From NCBI GenBank assembly GCA_965247115.1, contig CBDFGR010000003.1, forward strand, positions 896,001 through 960,000: DNA of 64,000 nt, read 5' to 3'. Numbering within the stretch: the first letter of the stretch is position 1; each line of letters begins with the position of its first letter. The position numbers and the translations under genes are program-made. Below, one piece after another: positions 21,031 through 33,021 of this stretch. The DNA is from Myxococcota bacterium (GTDB lineage: Bacteria; Myxococcota_A; UBA9160; SZUA-336). The notes below the pieces were generated by a model, which worked only from the letters and a program-made list of their open reading frames with translations, did not search any database and was not told the DNA's origin.

Positions 21031-21806
21031 TAACCAGACTTGCGGACCTGGGAGACTACGACGCCGGTGCCGTCCTGCAGGGACTCGAGGGGCGGTAGAT
21101 CCTCGAGCATGGCCTGGAGCATCTGGGTCTGGGCTGCGGTCAGGTTCAAGAAGCGGAGCCCGAGGCCGCGCTCGGGCTCATCGCGGACCGCAGTTGCCTG
21201 GAGGACCAGGGGGTCCTTCAGGCTCCCTCCATAGAGCGCGAGCTCGACTCGATCCCCGATGGCCAGGTCCGAGCTTCCTTCGATCTGGATGCCCGTGAGC
21301 GAGAGATCGCGTCCCAGGACGACCGCCACCTGCTCGCCTCCAAGGGCCCAGAGCTTGCTCCGATACTCCTTGCGGGGATGGGTCCGACGCTCGGAGTCGG
21401 AACCGCGATCCATGACCAGGGTCTCACGGCTCGACGGGTCGTTGTGGGCCGCCATCTCGCGGCCGAGCAGCTGCAGGAAGAAGAGCCGCATCGACTCGGA
21501 ATCGAGCTGCGCATCGACCAGGTAGTGAACGCCGAGATCGCGCAGCTGAGCCCGTAGCGCCCGGCAGTCCTGGTCGGCGACGCAGATCCACGTGGGCTCC
21601 AGCGTCATTCCCTGAGGGTGCTCGAACGCCGGGACCTCCAGCGCCATCCGGAGCGACGTCACGAGCAGATCTCGGGGCAGAGCGACGGCGTTGCCAAGCT
21701 CGCAGCCCTCGAAGTGGGCGAAGTCGGTTCCGAACCCAGCCAGCACGGACCTCGCCTGCCCGAGCTCTCCATCATCAAGCAGCAGGATCGAGGGAGCGGT
21801 GCGCAT
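21030..21806 (-). CDS. PilZ domain protein
   Basis: C-terminal ERRTHPR (RxxxR) and DLSLTG (DxSxxG) motifs; receiver-like N-terminus ILLLDD. Confidence 0.75.
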   Translation of the reverse strand: MRTAPSILLLDDGELGQARSVLAGFGTDFAHFEGCELGNAVALPRDLLVTSLRMALEVPAFEHPQGMTLEPTWICVADQDCRALRAQLRDLGVHYLVDAQLDSESMRLFFLQLLGREMAAHNDPSSRETLVMDRGSDSERRTHPRKEYRSKLWALGGEQVAVVLGRDLSLTGIQIEGSSDLAIGDRVELALYGGSLKDPLVLQATAVRDEPERGLGLRFLNLTAAQTQMLQAMLEDLPPLESLQDGTGVVVSQVRKSG

Positions 21807-21852
21807 CGCCGTGCCTTTCGGCAAGATGCCTGCTGCGCTGAAGGGAGTGCAC

Positions 21853-23124
21853 ATGGTGGAGCAGATCACGGAGTTTCTGTTCGGACTCGGGCTGCCCGAT
21901 GCTGGCGCAACGGCCATCATGGGGCTCATTCTCGTGTCGGGAGTGCTCGTGCTGAGCTGGGCGGCGAACCGGATCACCCAGGCGCTGCTCCTGCGGGTGG
22001 TCTGGCGCCTGGTCCGCTTGACAAGCACGGACTGGGACGACGCCCTCGTCAGGCGAGACGTTTTCAAGCGGCTTGCCAACCTCGCCCCGGCGATCGTGAT
22101 CTACCTGTTCGCACCAGCGTTCGCAGACTTTGAGAGCTGGGTCGCGCGCCTCGCATTCGTCTACATGATCGCCGCGTCGGTTCGCGTGGCCGAGGCCCTA
22201 CTCGATGCCGGGTCCGACATCTACGTCTCGCACGATCGAGTCCGAGAGGCACCGATCGACAGCTACGTCCAGGTGGCCAAGCTCGCCCTGTACCTGGTTG
22301 GCGCCATCTTCCTGATCGCGACGGTGCTTGAGCGAGAGCCCTGGGGTCTGCTCACGGGTCTCGGCGCCATGGGCGCGGTGCTGTTGCTCGTGTTTCGCGA
22401 CTCGATCCTGGGACTCGTTGCGAGCGTACAGCTCTCGAGCTACGACATGATCCACCTGGGTGATTGGATCGAGATGCCCGCGTACGGAGCGGACGGGGAC
22501 GTCATCGACATCTCGCTGCACACGATCAAGGTGCAGAACTGGGACAAGACCATTTCCACAATCCCGACCCAATCGTTGATCTCGCAGTCGTTCAAGAACT
22601 GGCGTGGGATGGAAGAGTCAGGAGGGCGCCGCATCAAGCGTGCCGTCTACATTGATATGAGCACCATCGAGCTCTGCGACGCGGCGCTGCTCGAGCGCTT
22701 CGAGAACTTCGAGTACCTGAAGTCCTACCTGGCCACAAAGCAGAAGGAGGTCGACGAGTACAACCGAGCGACAGGCGTCGACACGTCGCAGCTGATCAAC
22801 GGCCGTAGGCTGACCAATGTCGGGACCTTTCGTGCGTACATCGAGGAGTACCTGCGGCGGCACCCGAAGATCCACAAGGACATGACCTTTCTGGTCCGGC
22901 AGCTCGCGCCGACCGAGAAGGGGCTGCCTATCGAGATCTACGTGTTCAGCAACGACCAGGCTTGGGCGAACTACGAGGCCCTGCAGGCGGACATCTTCGA
23001 TCACATTCTGGCCATCGTCCCCCAGTTCAACCTGCGCGTCTACCAGAACCCAAGCGCGAACGACCTGCGCTCGGCCGCAGATCTGATCGCGGCCTCCCCG
23101 CCGCGAGAGGCCGTCAACGCATGA
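21853..23124 (+). CDS. Mechanosensitive channel, MscS family (YbdG/MscM-like)
   Basis: GDWIEMPAYGADGDV, KVQNWDKTI, SFKNWRGM..SGGRRIKR and TFLVRQL motifs. Confidence 0.92.
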   Translation: MVEQITEFLFGLGLPDAGATAIMGLILVSGVLVLSWAANRITQALLLRVVWRLVRLTSTDWDDALVRRDVFKRLANLAPAIVIYLFAPAFADFESWVARLAFVYMIAASVRVAEALLDAGSDIYVSHDRVREAPIDSYVQVAKLALYLVGAIFLIATVLEREPWGLLTGLGAMGAVLLLVFRDSILGLVASVQLSSYDMIHLGDWIEMPAYGADGDVIDISLHTIKVQNWDKTISTIPTQSLISQSFKNWRGMEESGGRRIKRAVYIDMSTIELCDAALLERFENFEYLKSYLATKQKEVDEYNRATGVDTSQLINGRRLTNVGTFRAYIEEYLRRHPKIHKDMTFLVRQLAPTEKGLPIEIYVFSNDQAWANYEALQADIFDHILAIVPQFNLRVYQNPSANDLRSAADLIAASPPREAVNA

Positions 23125-23531
23125 ACACCGACGCCGAGATCCGAGAGGTCCTGACCAAGAGCCGCGTGGTGGCCGTCGTCGGTGCCAGCCCGCGCCCCGA
23201 GCGGGATAGCCACGACGTCATGCGCTACCTGCAACGGCGCGGCTACCACACGATCCCCGTCAACCCTAACGCCGCCGGCGAGACCATCCTCGGCGAGAGC
23301 GTCTACGCGAGCCTGACCGACATCCCCATCGCCATCGACCTCGTGGACATCTTCCGAAACCCCGACGCCGCTGCGGACGTCGTCGATCAGGCCATCGCAC
23401 TCCACGCAAAGGCCGTCTGGATGCAGCTCGGAGTGATCAACCCGCCCGCCGCGGAGCGAGCAGAGTCCGCAGGCCTCACCGTCATCATGAACCGCTGCCC
23501 CAAGATCGAGATCCCCCGCCTCGGCCTCTAG
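23121..23531 (+). CDS. CoA-binding protein (YccU-like)
   Basis: VAVVGAS, IPVNP, DLVDIFR, VWMQLG and VIMNRCPKIE motifs. Confidence 0.9.
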   Translation: MNTDAEIREVLTKSRVVAVVGASPRPERDSHDVMRYLQRRGYHTIPVNPNAAGETILGESVYASLTDIPIAIDLVDIFRNPDAAADVVDQAIALHAKAVWMQLGVINPPAAERAESAGLTVIMNRCPKIEIPRLGL

Positions 23532-23777
23532 TCGAAGCAAGCAGCCCACCCGGATCGTCGCGTCCGTGTGTACAGACCCCGGCTTCTCGCTGAAGCGGGC
23601 GCTGACGAACGCAGCGGAAATGGCCAGATTTCGGACGAAGGTGGTGATGGGGTCCACATACCAGACGGTCGAGTGACCTGCCCTGCAATCTCGCTGCGAC
23701 GAGGAGACAGGCCACAGAACGCGGCCATTGGGCCCAGCTCGTCCAGTCTCAGCCAACACCCATCAACTCAAGTCAGC

Positions 23778-24464
23778 TCAAGGAGAGGCGCGCGCCCCTC
23801 CGGGTACATCCATGGGATCGAGCAAACCGTGTCGACGCCACCCCGTCCTGAGAAGCCAGGTGTGCGCGGCCGCCACCACCTGTGCGCCAATCCCGCCGTC
23901 ACCTCGCGCCGTGCCCTTCTTCCAGCCATCAAACCAGCGTCCTGAGGACGCAGGATCGATAGTGCCTCCACGGCTCGAACAGCTCGCATGACGCCTGGCG
24001 TTCAGCAGGACGTAGCGAATCGCGTTCCGAACCTCCCGGGGCGTCTTCAGAATTCGCATGTGGTAGCGATCCGCCAGGACGCTTCCGTGCCACGCAAACG
24101 CCCGCTGCGCCGCCCGGACGATCCTCATCGTGACGGACTTCATCCCCCGTCCGAGCGCGTGGCGATCCTTCGCCTCGACGATTAGATGCGCGTGGTTCCC
24201 CAGGAGTGCGTAGTGCACGAGCCGGAATTCACCCCGGTCGCAGCCCCGTGCCAACGTCTCCTCGAACGCTCGCACGAATTCAGCGTTGCGGAGCGAAGGA
24301 ACCCCGCTGCGAATCCGCAGCGTCACGTGACAGGGATAATGCGCGGAGAGCCTCGGTCGACTCCTGTGACGGACGGAGGGATTCGGACCGGGCTTACGCC
24401 CCGCGCCCTCCCTCCGTTCGCGAAGAGCTAGAGAGAGTTGCCGCGTCTTTCTCGTCTTCACCAT
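23778..24464 (-). CDS. Y1/HUH transposase, RAYT-like
   Basis: HVTLR, NHAHLIVE (HUH), ADRYH and IRYVLLNARRH (catalytic Tyr); no adjacent tnpB. Confidence 0.82.
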   Translation of the reverse strand: MVKTRKTRQLSLALRERREGAGRKPGPNPSVRHRSRPRLSAHYPCHVTLRIRSGVPSLRNAEFVRAFEETLARGCDRGEFRLVHYALLGNHAHLIVEAKDRHALGRGMKSVTMRIVRAAQRAFAWHGSVLADRYHMRILKTPREVRNAIRYVLLNARRHASCSSRGGTIDPASSGRWFDGWKKGTARGDGGIGAQVVAAAHTWLLRTGWRRHGLLDPMDVPGGARASP

Positions 24465-24471
24465 TTGGTGT

Positions 24472-24500
24472 ATTATAGGGCTTTCCTATTAAATGAGCAA
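24472..24500 (-). promoter_or_regulatory. Sigma70-type promoter of the Y1 transposase, probably leaderless
   Basis: Minus strand reads TTGCTC-N17-TATAAT, then 7 nt to the ATG at 24464; AT-rich patch in GC-rich DNA. Confidence 0.7.
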
Positions 24501-25029
24501 GAGTGGAACTTTGTGATGGAGTTCCTGAGCGGACCGTTGGTCGATGACGGAGCTCTGCAAGCGCTTTCGAGTCATCCGGAAGACCGGCTACGGACGGGAT
24601 CCGGTCGATCTGCTTCAGAGACGTCTTGCTCGGTCGCCACCACGAGGAAGAGCGGAAGGTCTTCTGGTAAGACCAGGCTCCTGCGAGCCCGTGTCTCGGA
24701 GCCAAGGACCATCAAGGGAACAGAGAAGAAGACTACAGAGTGTTCCCCATGTCCGCGGTTGAACAAAGGAGTTTGAACCGTGTACGAGCGTCTCCAGTCA
24801 GCCAGAGGACCGGCGACAAGTGGATCCGACCTCTCGATGAGGAGCGCAGAGAGACTCTGAGATCGGGGTGCCCACCGGATCCAGGAGAATGTGGGGATGG
24901 AGGCCCCTTGGGCCCGTGTATTGAAGCCACTCGACCGCTTGAGGGGTCCAGAGAGCGAGCTGTAGGCACCTTCGAGGGGCAAAGGAGCCGCCTACCTCAT
25001 ACGTCGCACTCTCCTCAGAGAGAGGTCGG

Positions 25030-25962
25030 CTAGGCTCGCTGGCCTTCTGACCAGGCTCGGATCAGGTGGTGGGCGATGGCCATGGAGCCGGGAACGCTGA
25101 GGCCGCCGGCGCCGGGCTCGTCCAGGGATTTGATGATCTCGGCTCGGGGGAACCAGTGGGCCTCCTGAAGCTCGGCAGTGTCGACGGTGATCTCGCTCGT
25201 CTCTGCCTCCGCGAGACAGCCGATCATCAGCGAAGACGGGAAGGGCCACGGCTGCGAAGCGTGGTAGCCAACGCGTCCCGCACGAACGCCGGTCTCCTCC
25301 ATGACCTCTCGCCGGACCGCCTCTTCGATGGTCTCCCCCTGATCCACGAAGCCGGCGAGGGCCGAGTACATGCCGGCGGGCCAGCCGGCCTGACGGCCGA
25401 GCAGGCAGGTGTCCCCGTTCGACACAACCATGATCACGACGGGGTCGGTGCGCGGGAAGTGCTCGGCGTCGCACTCGTCGCACTCGCGCACCAGGCCGCC
25501 CTGCCCTGCAGTCGTCTTCGCGCCGCAGACCGCACAGAAGCGGTGGCGCGCGTGCCAGTCGATCTGCGCGCGACCCTGCGCGACGATTGCACACTCCTCT
25601 CCAGACAGCTCTGTGGCCATGGCGCGCACGTCCTCAAAGCGCGCCACACCGGTCAGCCCGAGCACTGCCTCGGGCTTTTCGAGGCCGGAGACGTCAAGCG
25701 CGAAGTGTGCGACGCCATCGCGCAGCCCCAGGAGGACCACCTCGCTGCCGGGCGCGATGTTCTCGCGCATGTCCGAACGTGCCCAGCCCAGCTCCCGAGT
25801 CGCTCCCGTCTTCGCGAGCACCTTGAGTCGCCAGAAGGGCAAGAATCGACTCTCCTCCGCTTCGAGCTGCTCGTTCAGCCAGGTGCGGTCCCGGCGCCGG
25901 GTGCCCGCTCTATCCAGCGGGCTGCCAGAGAAGGCCATGTGTCTGTTCATGCTGTCGCTCAT
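25030..25962 (-). CDS. nudC: NAD(+) diphosphatase NudC
   Basis: RFCAVCG, CDEC..HFPRTDPVVI, Nudix box AGFVDQGETIEEAVRREVMEETG and SQPWPFPSSLM. Confidence 0.94.
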   Translation of the reverse strand: MSDSMNRHMAFSGSPLDRAGTRRRDRTWLNEQLEAEESRFLPFWRLKVLAKTGATRELGWARSDMRENIAPGSEVVLLGLRDGVAHFALDVSGLEKPEAVLGLTGVARFEDVRAMATELSGEECAIVAQGRAQIDWHARHRFCAVCGAKTTAGQGGLVRECDECDAEHFPRTDPVVIMVVSNGDTCLLGRQAGWPAGMYSALAGFVDQGETIEEAVRREVMEETGVRAGRVGYHASQPWPFPSSLMIGCLAEAETSEITVDTAELQEAHWFPRAEIIKSLDEPGAGGLSVPGSMAIAHHLIRAWSEGQRA

Positions 25963-26201
25963 CTCCGCCGGATTGACGCCCAGCTTACCCGAACTCGCCG
26001 GCGCTCGGACTCCGGCGCTGCCGGCGCGCCCCGCTGTCTGGAAGCGTCGACGGTTCGCAGGCTCCGGAGGTCTCGCTGCCGCCGCGTGACCCCAGCAACA
26101 GACACTGGGCTCAGACTCGGGCCCGAGCGGGCCGAAAGAGGCTGCAGGAGTAAAGGGGAGCATTCGCGCGGACAGGCGCGAACGGCACGCCAGGAGGCAA
26201 C

Positions 26202-26588
26202 GTGAGCGAAGACCGGGGTGACCTCGAGCTGCGATTTGAGAAGGCACTGATCGAGGTGCTGCTGCAGGACTACGACCTGGACGTGCGGCACTCCGACGAT
26301 TGTCTGGAGCGACGCCACCAGGGCGTGGCGACCCTGAGCTTTACGTACCGCTACCCACCCGACAGCACCAACGCGACGGCCATCGTCAGCGTCGACGGGG
26401 CCGGGCACTTCTCCAACGTTCTGCCCGTCGACTTCCGCAATCGGAAGGGGATCGAAAGCTCTGCGGAGAACTGCGAGACACTCGTCGAGTTTCTGAGAAG
26501 CCACATCGCGGAGTGTCGCGAGAACGACCTCGATGCCGAGGAGTCTGATCCGCTCAAGTATGGCCGTAGAGATGACGACTTGGCCTAG
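26202..26588 (+). CDS. Hypothetical protein
   Basis: AGGAGG RBS before GTG; protein-like composition; no family recognised. Confidence 0.55.
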   Translation: MSEDRGDLELRFEKALIEVLLQDYDLDVRHSDDCLERRHQGVATLSFTYRYPPDSTNATAIVSVDGAGHFSNVLPVDFRNRKGIESSAENCETLVEFLRSHIAECRENDLDAEESDPLKYGRRDDDLA

Positions 26589-26700
26589 ACGCCCCCCCGC
26601 GTGATCAGGGCTCGAACTCGGCAGTGCGCCGACAGGAGTGTCTGATCCGCACCAGGTGTGCCTGATCCGACGCGGGATCAGCGCGAAAAGGAAGGTCACG

Positions 26701-28122
26701 ATGCCCGAACTTGCCCTATCCCCCTTCGCCACGACGCTCCTCGTTCTGGGCGCGATCGCAGTCCTGTATCTCGCCCGAGGACCTGCACACGCCGCCATCC
26801 GAACGCTCAGCGCGCTGTTCTCCGACGGGCTGCGTGGCCTGGCAACAGCGCTCATGGGTGGACACGAGCGTCTCACCGCGCGCAATCGGGAGATTCTCCT
26901 GGCGCAAGGCCTAGAAGCCACGGAACGGAACATTGAGCGAGAGTTCCAGCGCGTGAGCACGGTGGTCGAGGGGGACCTGAGCGGTTACCTCGACCTCCAC
27001 AGGAAGCTCTCCGACCAGATCGCCCGGATCGACGACGATTACCGCGAGTCGACGGACGCCCCACCGTCGCCTCCGGAGTGGATTCGCGCGGTCGAGACCA
27101 TCGCCTCCATTCCGACGCAGGGCGACCCCTTCGTGGGGCGCGTTCTCGGCGACATCCACAAGACCCTCCAGGAGGGTCACAAGGGCGCAATGCGCGACTA
27201 CCGGGAGGCCAGCAAGGAACGGCATCACCTACTCAAGAAGATGCTCCCCTTCTGGCGCAGCCTCGACCGTACCCTGACTCGCGTGGACGGCACGATCCGG
27301 GGCCTGCACGACCGCTCGATCGCGCTCGACAGGCAGATGGAAACCTACGAGCAAATCCGGGCGAAGACCGACGACGCCGTTCGTACCGTCTCGGCTTCGA
27401 TCATGACGCACTTCGTCTCGTCGGGCATCGTCCTGCTAATCGCGCTGATGGGAGGCTTCATCAACTTCCACCTGATCGCGCTGCCCATGTCCGAGATGGT
27501 GGGCGGGAGCAGCTACGTCGGTCCCGTCAAGACCTCCGACATCGCCGCGCTGGTCATCGTCCTGACAGAGATTGCCATGGGACTGTTCCTGATGGAGTCG
27601 ATCCGGATCACAAGGCTCTTCCCCATCGTGGGCGCCATGGATGACCGCATGCGCAAGCGCATGGCCTACGTCGCGTTCGGGATCCTGCTCACGCTGGCCT
27701 GCGTCGAGTCCTCGCTCGCCTACATGCGCGATCTCCTGGCCGCTGACCGCGAGGCTCTCGCGAAGTCGCTCATCGGTGCTCAGGTCGTCTCGGCAGAGTT
27801 CCGCTGGATCCCGTCGATAGGCCAGATGGTCATGGGCTTCATGCTGCCTTTCGCCCTGACCTTCGTGGCGATCCCCCTCGAGTCGTTCATCCAGTCCTCG
27901 CGCACTGTGGGCGGTAGCCTGCTCGCTCTTTGCATCCGCGGCGTCGCGGGCATGATGCGGGGCGCTGCGACCGTCTTCGAGCACGTGGGTGAGATGATTG
28001 TCAACCTGTACGACGTGGTCATCATCGTCCCGCTTCGCATCGGACAGCTGCTGGGGAAGCGGGGGGGTGGCGACTATGACCAAGGGCGACCCACCAGGGT
28101 CCAAGATCCTTCGGCGGTATAA
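26701..28122 (+). CDS. Conserved-looking membrane protein (N-terminal TM, long helical region, several C-terminal TM segments)
   Basis: Long ORF with typical codon usage and hydrophobic segments; 3 bp from the downstream vWA gene. Confidence 0.75.
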   Translation: MPELALSPFATTLLVLGAIAVLYLARGPAHAAIRTLSALFSDGLRGLATALMGGHERLTARNREILLAQGLEATERNIEREFQRVSTVVEGDLSGYLDLHRKLSDQIARIDDDYRESTDAPPSPPEWIRAVETIASIPTQGDPFVGRVLGDIHKTLQEGHKGAMRDYREASKERHHLLKKMLPFWRSLDRTLTRVDGTIRGLHDRSIALDRQMETYEQIRAKTDDAVRTVSASIMTHFVSSGIVLLIALMGGFINFHLIALPMSEMVGGSSYVGPVKTSDIAALVIVLTEIAMGLFLMESIRITRLFPIVGAMDDRMRKRMAYVAFGILLTLACVESSLAYMRDLLAADREALAKSLIGAQVVSAEFRWIPSIGQMVMGFMLPFALTFVAIPLESFIQSSRTVGGSLLALCIRGVAGMMRGAATVFEHVGEMIVNLYDVVIIVPLRIGQLLGKRGGGDYDQGRPTRVQDPSAV

Positions 28123-28125
28123 GTC

Positions 28126-28770
28126 ATGAAGAAACACGCTCTCACACTCGTAGCTCTGCCCCTTTTGCTCCTCGCGTGCGGGCCGCCCGTGTCTCACAGC
28201 AAGGCCGTATACCTGCTGGTAGACACGTCGGGGACGTACACGAACGAGATCGAGAAGGTGCACAACATTACGAATTACCTTCTCGGCCTACTCAGCTCGG
28301 ACGATTCCCTTGGCCTGGCGAGGATCGACAGCGCCAGCTTCTCCGAGAAGAACATCGTGTCGAAGGTGACGTTCGACTCGCGGCCCTCGTATGCGAACCA
28401 GCAGAAGCGGACCTTTCGCAAGTCCCTGGATCGCTTCATCACGTCCACCAAAGGAAGCTCCCACACCGACATCACCGGTGCCATGATGCAGGCGGCCGAG
28501 TGGCTCAACGAGACAGGAGCCGGTCACAAGTACATCCTGATCTTCTCGGACCTCGAGGAGGATCTGCGCGAGGGGTACGTGAGGGACTTCACGATCGATC
28601 TCGCGGGAGTGCACATCGTGGCCCTGAATGTGACGAAGCTCCTCAGCGACCAGATCGACCCACGCGAGTACCTGCTGCGGCTCGAGGCCTGGCAGGAGCG
28701 CGTAGAGGCCGGTGGCGGGCGGTGGAGGGTCATCAACGACCTGGAGCGCCTGGACGGGCTGCTGGGCTAG
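28126..28770 (+). CDS. vWA domain lipoprotein
   Basis: Lipobox LLAC; MIDAS-like LLVDTSGTY, TDITGAM and ILIFSD. Confidence 0.78.
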   Translation: MKKHALTLVALPLLLLACGPPVSHSKAVYLLVDTSGTYTNEIEKVHNITNYLLGLLSSDDSLGLARIDSASFSEKNIVSKVTFDSRPSYANQQKRTFRKSLDRFITSTKGSSHTDITGAMMQAAEWLNETGAGHKYILIFSDLEEDLREGYVRDFTIDLAGVHIVALNVTKLLSDQIDPREYLLRLEAWQERVEAGGGRWRVINDLERLDGLLG

Positions 28771-28777
28771 CCCGCAG

Positions 28778-31090
<2,313 letters not shown>

Positions 31091-31100
31091 GCACGCCCTC

Positions 31101-31655
31101 CTATGAGACGGAAGTGTAGCTCGGGGACGGGACGAGCGACGACGCGACAACGTCGGGCGATGCCTGGAGCCGTGGCAGCGGCGGCAACGGATAGGTCTTC
31201 AGCAGGTGCTCGAGACCCACCTGATCGACAACACGCCAGACCAGATCTGGCGGGACGCCGTCGTCGTAGTCGATCTCGATCCGGATCTCCGGCGCCAGCG
31301 ACAGCAAGCGCGCGATCTCGGAGCTCACGCTCTCGCCCACCCAGCGGCTCTTGCGTCCGTCCTCCACCCAGACGCCGAGCCAGCGACCTTCGACCCAGAC
31401 CTCGCCGGTGGGCCAGATCTCGACGCTGATGCGATCCACGTCCGGCGCCACCGGGGGCTTCTCCTGAATGCGGATCGGAGTCGCTTCGTCACGCCGCACC
31501 AGGAGCTGCATCTGCAACGCGAGCCCGACAATCAAGATTGCCGCGATTCCGACGCCGCCGGCGAGCCGCGCCACAGCCGCGAGTCCCTCGGATCCGCGAC
31601 CCACGGCGGCGCGACCCAGACGTACAGATCGCGATGCGAAACCGGTCGCCCTCAC
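31101..31655 (-). CDS. Membrane-anchored hypothetical protein, possibly ExbD/TolR-like
   Basis: One TM segment, then [15 protein letters not shown]...[16 protein letters not shown], loosely like ExbD periplasmic domains. Start uncertain. Confidence 0.45.
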   Translation of the reverse strand: MRATGFASRSVRLGRAAVGRGSEGLAAVARLAGGVGIAAILIVGLALQMQLLVRRDEATPIRIQEKPPVAPDVDRISVEIWPTGEVWVEGRWLGVWVEDGRKSRWVGESVSSEIARLLSLAPEIRIEIDYDDGVPPDLVWRVVDQVGLEHLLKTYPLPPLPRLQASPDVVASSLVPSPSYTSVS

Positions 31656-31759
31656 CGCTCGGAAAGTACAGGAAGTGCGCTCGTACCGTCAGTACGCTGT
31701 GCAGTCTTCACACCAGCAGACGCCAGCCGCGCACAGCCCGCTCGGCGTTCGCCACCCGC

Positions 31760-32995
31760 TCAGGATTTGGAGCCGCTCGGAATGTCCCGGAACGCGATGT
31801 CCTTGTCGACGCGAGGCTCTGGCGGAAGCCGCAGCACGCGTTCCGCGATGATGTTTCGCATGATCTCGTCGGAGCCACCCGCGATCCTTCCGCCCGGCGC
31901 GCCCAGATAGGCGGTCTGCCAGATCGGCTCGCCAAGGCTCGAGTCCGGATCCATCACGATCCCACTCTCGCCCTGGAGCTCGAGTGCGAGCGAGGCCTCC
32001 TCCTGGCGCATCTTCGCGCTCACGAGCTTGCCGATAGAGTTCTCGGGACCCGGCGTCTGGCCGCGCGAGAGCGCCGTCAAGGCGCGGTAGCCTGTGTACT
32101 GCAGACCCTTGGTCTTGACGTAGAAGTCGGCCAGCTTGTGTCGCACCGATGTGTCGTCGAGCGCGCGCCGCTCACCGATCTTGCTGGTTCGGGCGAGTCC
32201 GATCAGCTCTTCGAAGCCGACGCCACCGCCGAACCCACCGATCGAGGCCCGCTCGTTCATGAGCGTGGTGATGGAGACGCCCCAGCCGTTTCCGACCTCC
32301 GAGAGGCGGTTTGCATCGGGTATGCGAGCATCCGTGAAGAACACCTGGTTGAAGCCGGAGGCTCCGTTGATCTGCTTGATCGGACGGATCTCCAAGCCCG
32401 GAGTCTCCATGTCGATGATGAAGTACGTGAGCCCGGCATGCTTCGAGACGTGCGGATCCGTGCGGACCACGAGCATCCCCCACCTGGAGTAGTGCGCTCC
32501 CGACGTCCAGATCTTCTGTCCGTTCACGATCCACTCGTCGCCGTCGCGCTCCGCGCGGGTGATCAGGCCTGCCAGGTCTGAGCCAGCGGTGGGCTCGCTA
32601 AAGAGCTGGCACCAGATCTCCTCGCCCCGCAGTAGCTTCGGGAGCCAGCGCTTCTGCTGCTCCGGCGTGCCGTGCGCCATGACGGTGGGTCCACCCATCC
32701 CGTGCCCGATCCCGAAGATGTTCGGGGGGACATCGAACTTCGACTCCTCCTGATTCCAGATCACGGCCTGGATGGTGCTCGCGCCCCGGCCTCCGAACTC
32801 CTCGGGCCAGGTGATGCACGCCCAGCCCGCGTCGGCCTTCCTGGCCTGCCACGCCTGGGACTCCTTCACGGCCTCCGAGCGTTCCGGGAAGGGGTCCGAG
32901 ATTTCGCCAGGCGTGAGCAGCCCCGCATTCGCCTCCAGCCATGCTCGAGCTTCCGCCCGGAAGGCCGCTTGTTCAGGAGTGTCGCTGAAATCCAT
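31760..32995 (-). CDS. Acyl-CoA dehydrogenase family protein
   Basis: WCQLFSEPTAGSDLA, NGQKIWTS, TLMNER and IAGGSDEIMRNIIAERVL motifs. Confidence 0.94.
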   Translation of the reverse strand: MDFSDTPEQAAFRAEARAWLEANAGLLTPGEISDPFPERSEAVKESQAWQARKADAGWACITWPEEFGGRGASTIQAVIWNQEESKFDVPPNIFGIGHGMGGPTVMAHGTPEQQKRWLPKLLRGEEIWCQLFSEPTAGSDLAGLITRAERDGDEWIVNGQKIWTSGAHYSRWGMLVVRTDPHVSKHAGLTYFIIDMETPGLEIRPIKQINGASGFNQVFFTDARIPDANRLSEVGNGWGVSITTLMNERASIGGFGGGVGFEELIGLARTSKIGERRALDDTSVRHKLADFYVKTKGLQYTGYRALTALSRGQTPGPENSIGKLVSAKMRQEEASLALELQGESGIVMDPDSSLGEPIWQTAYLGAPGGRIAGGSDEIMRNIIAERVLRLPPEPRVDKDIAFRDIPSGSKS

Positions 32996-33021
32996 TTCGA
33001 ATCTCCTTGTGAGCGCCGGCG

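Noticed and set aside
24740..24764. GTGTTCCCCATGTCCGCGGTTGAAC resembles a type I-E CRISPR repeat
   Set aside because: Single copy, no spacer periodicity, imperfect hairpin and no cas genes in the window.
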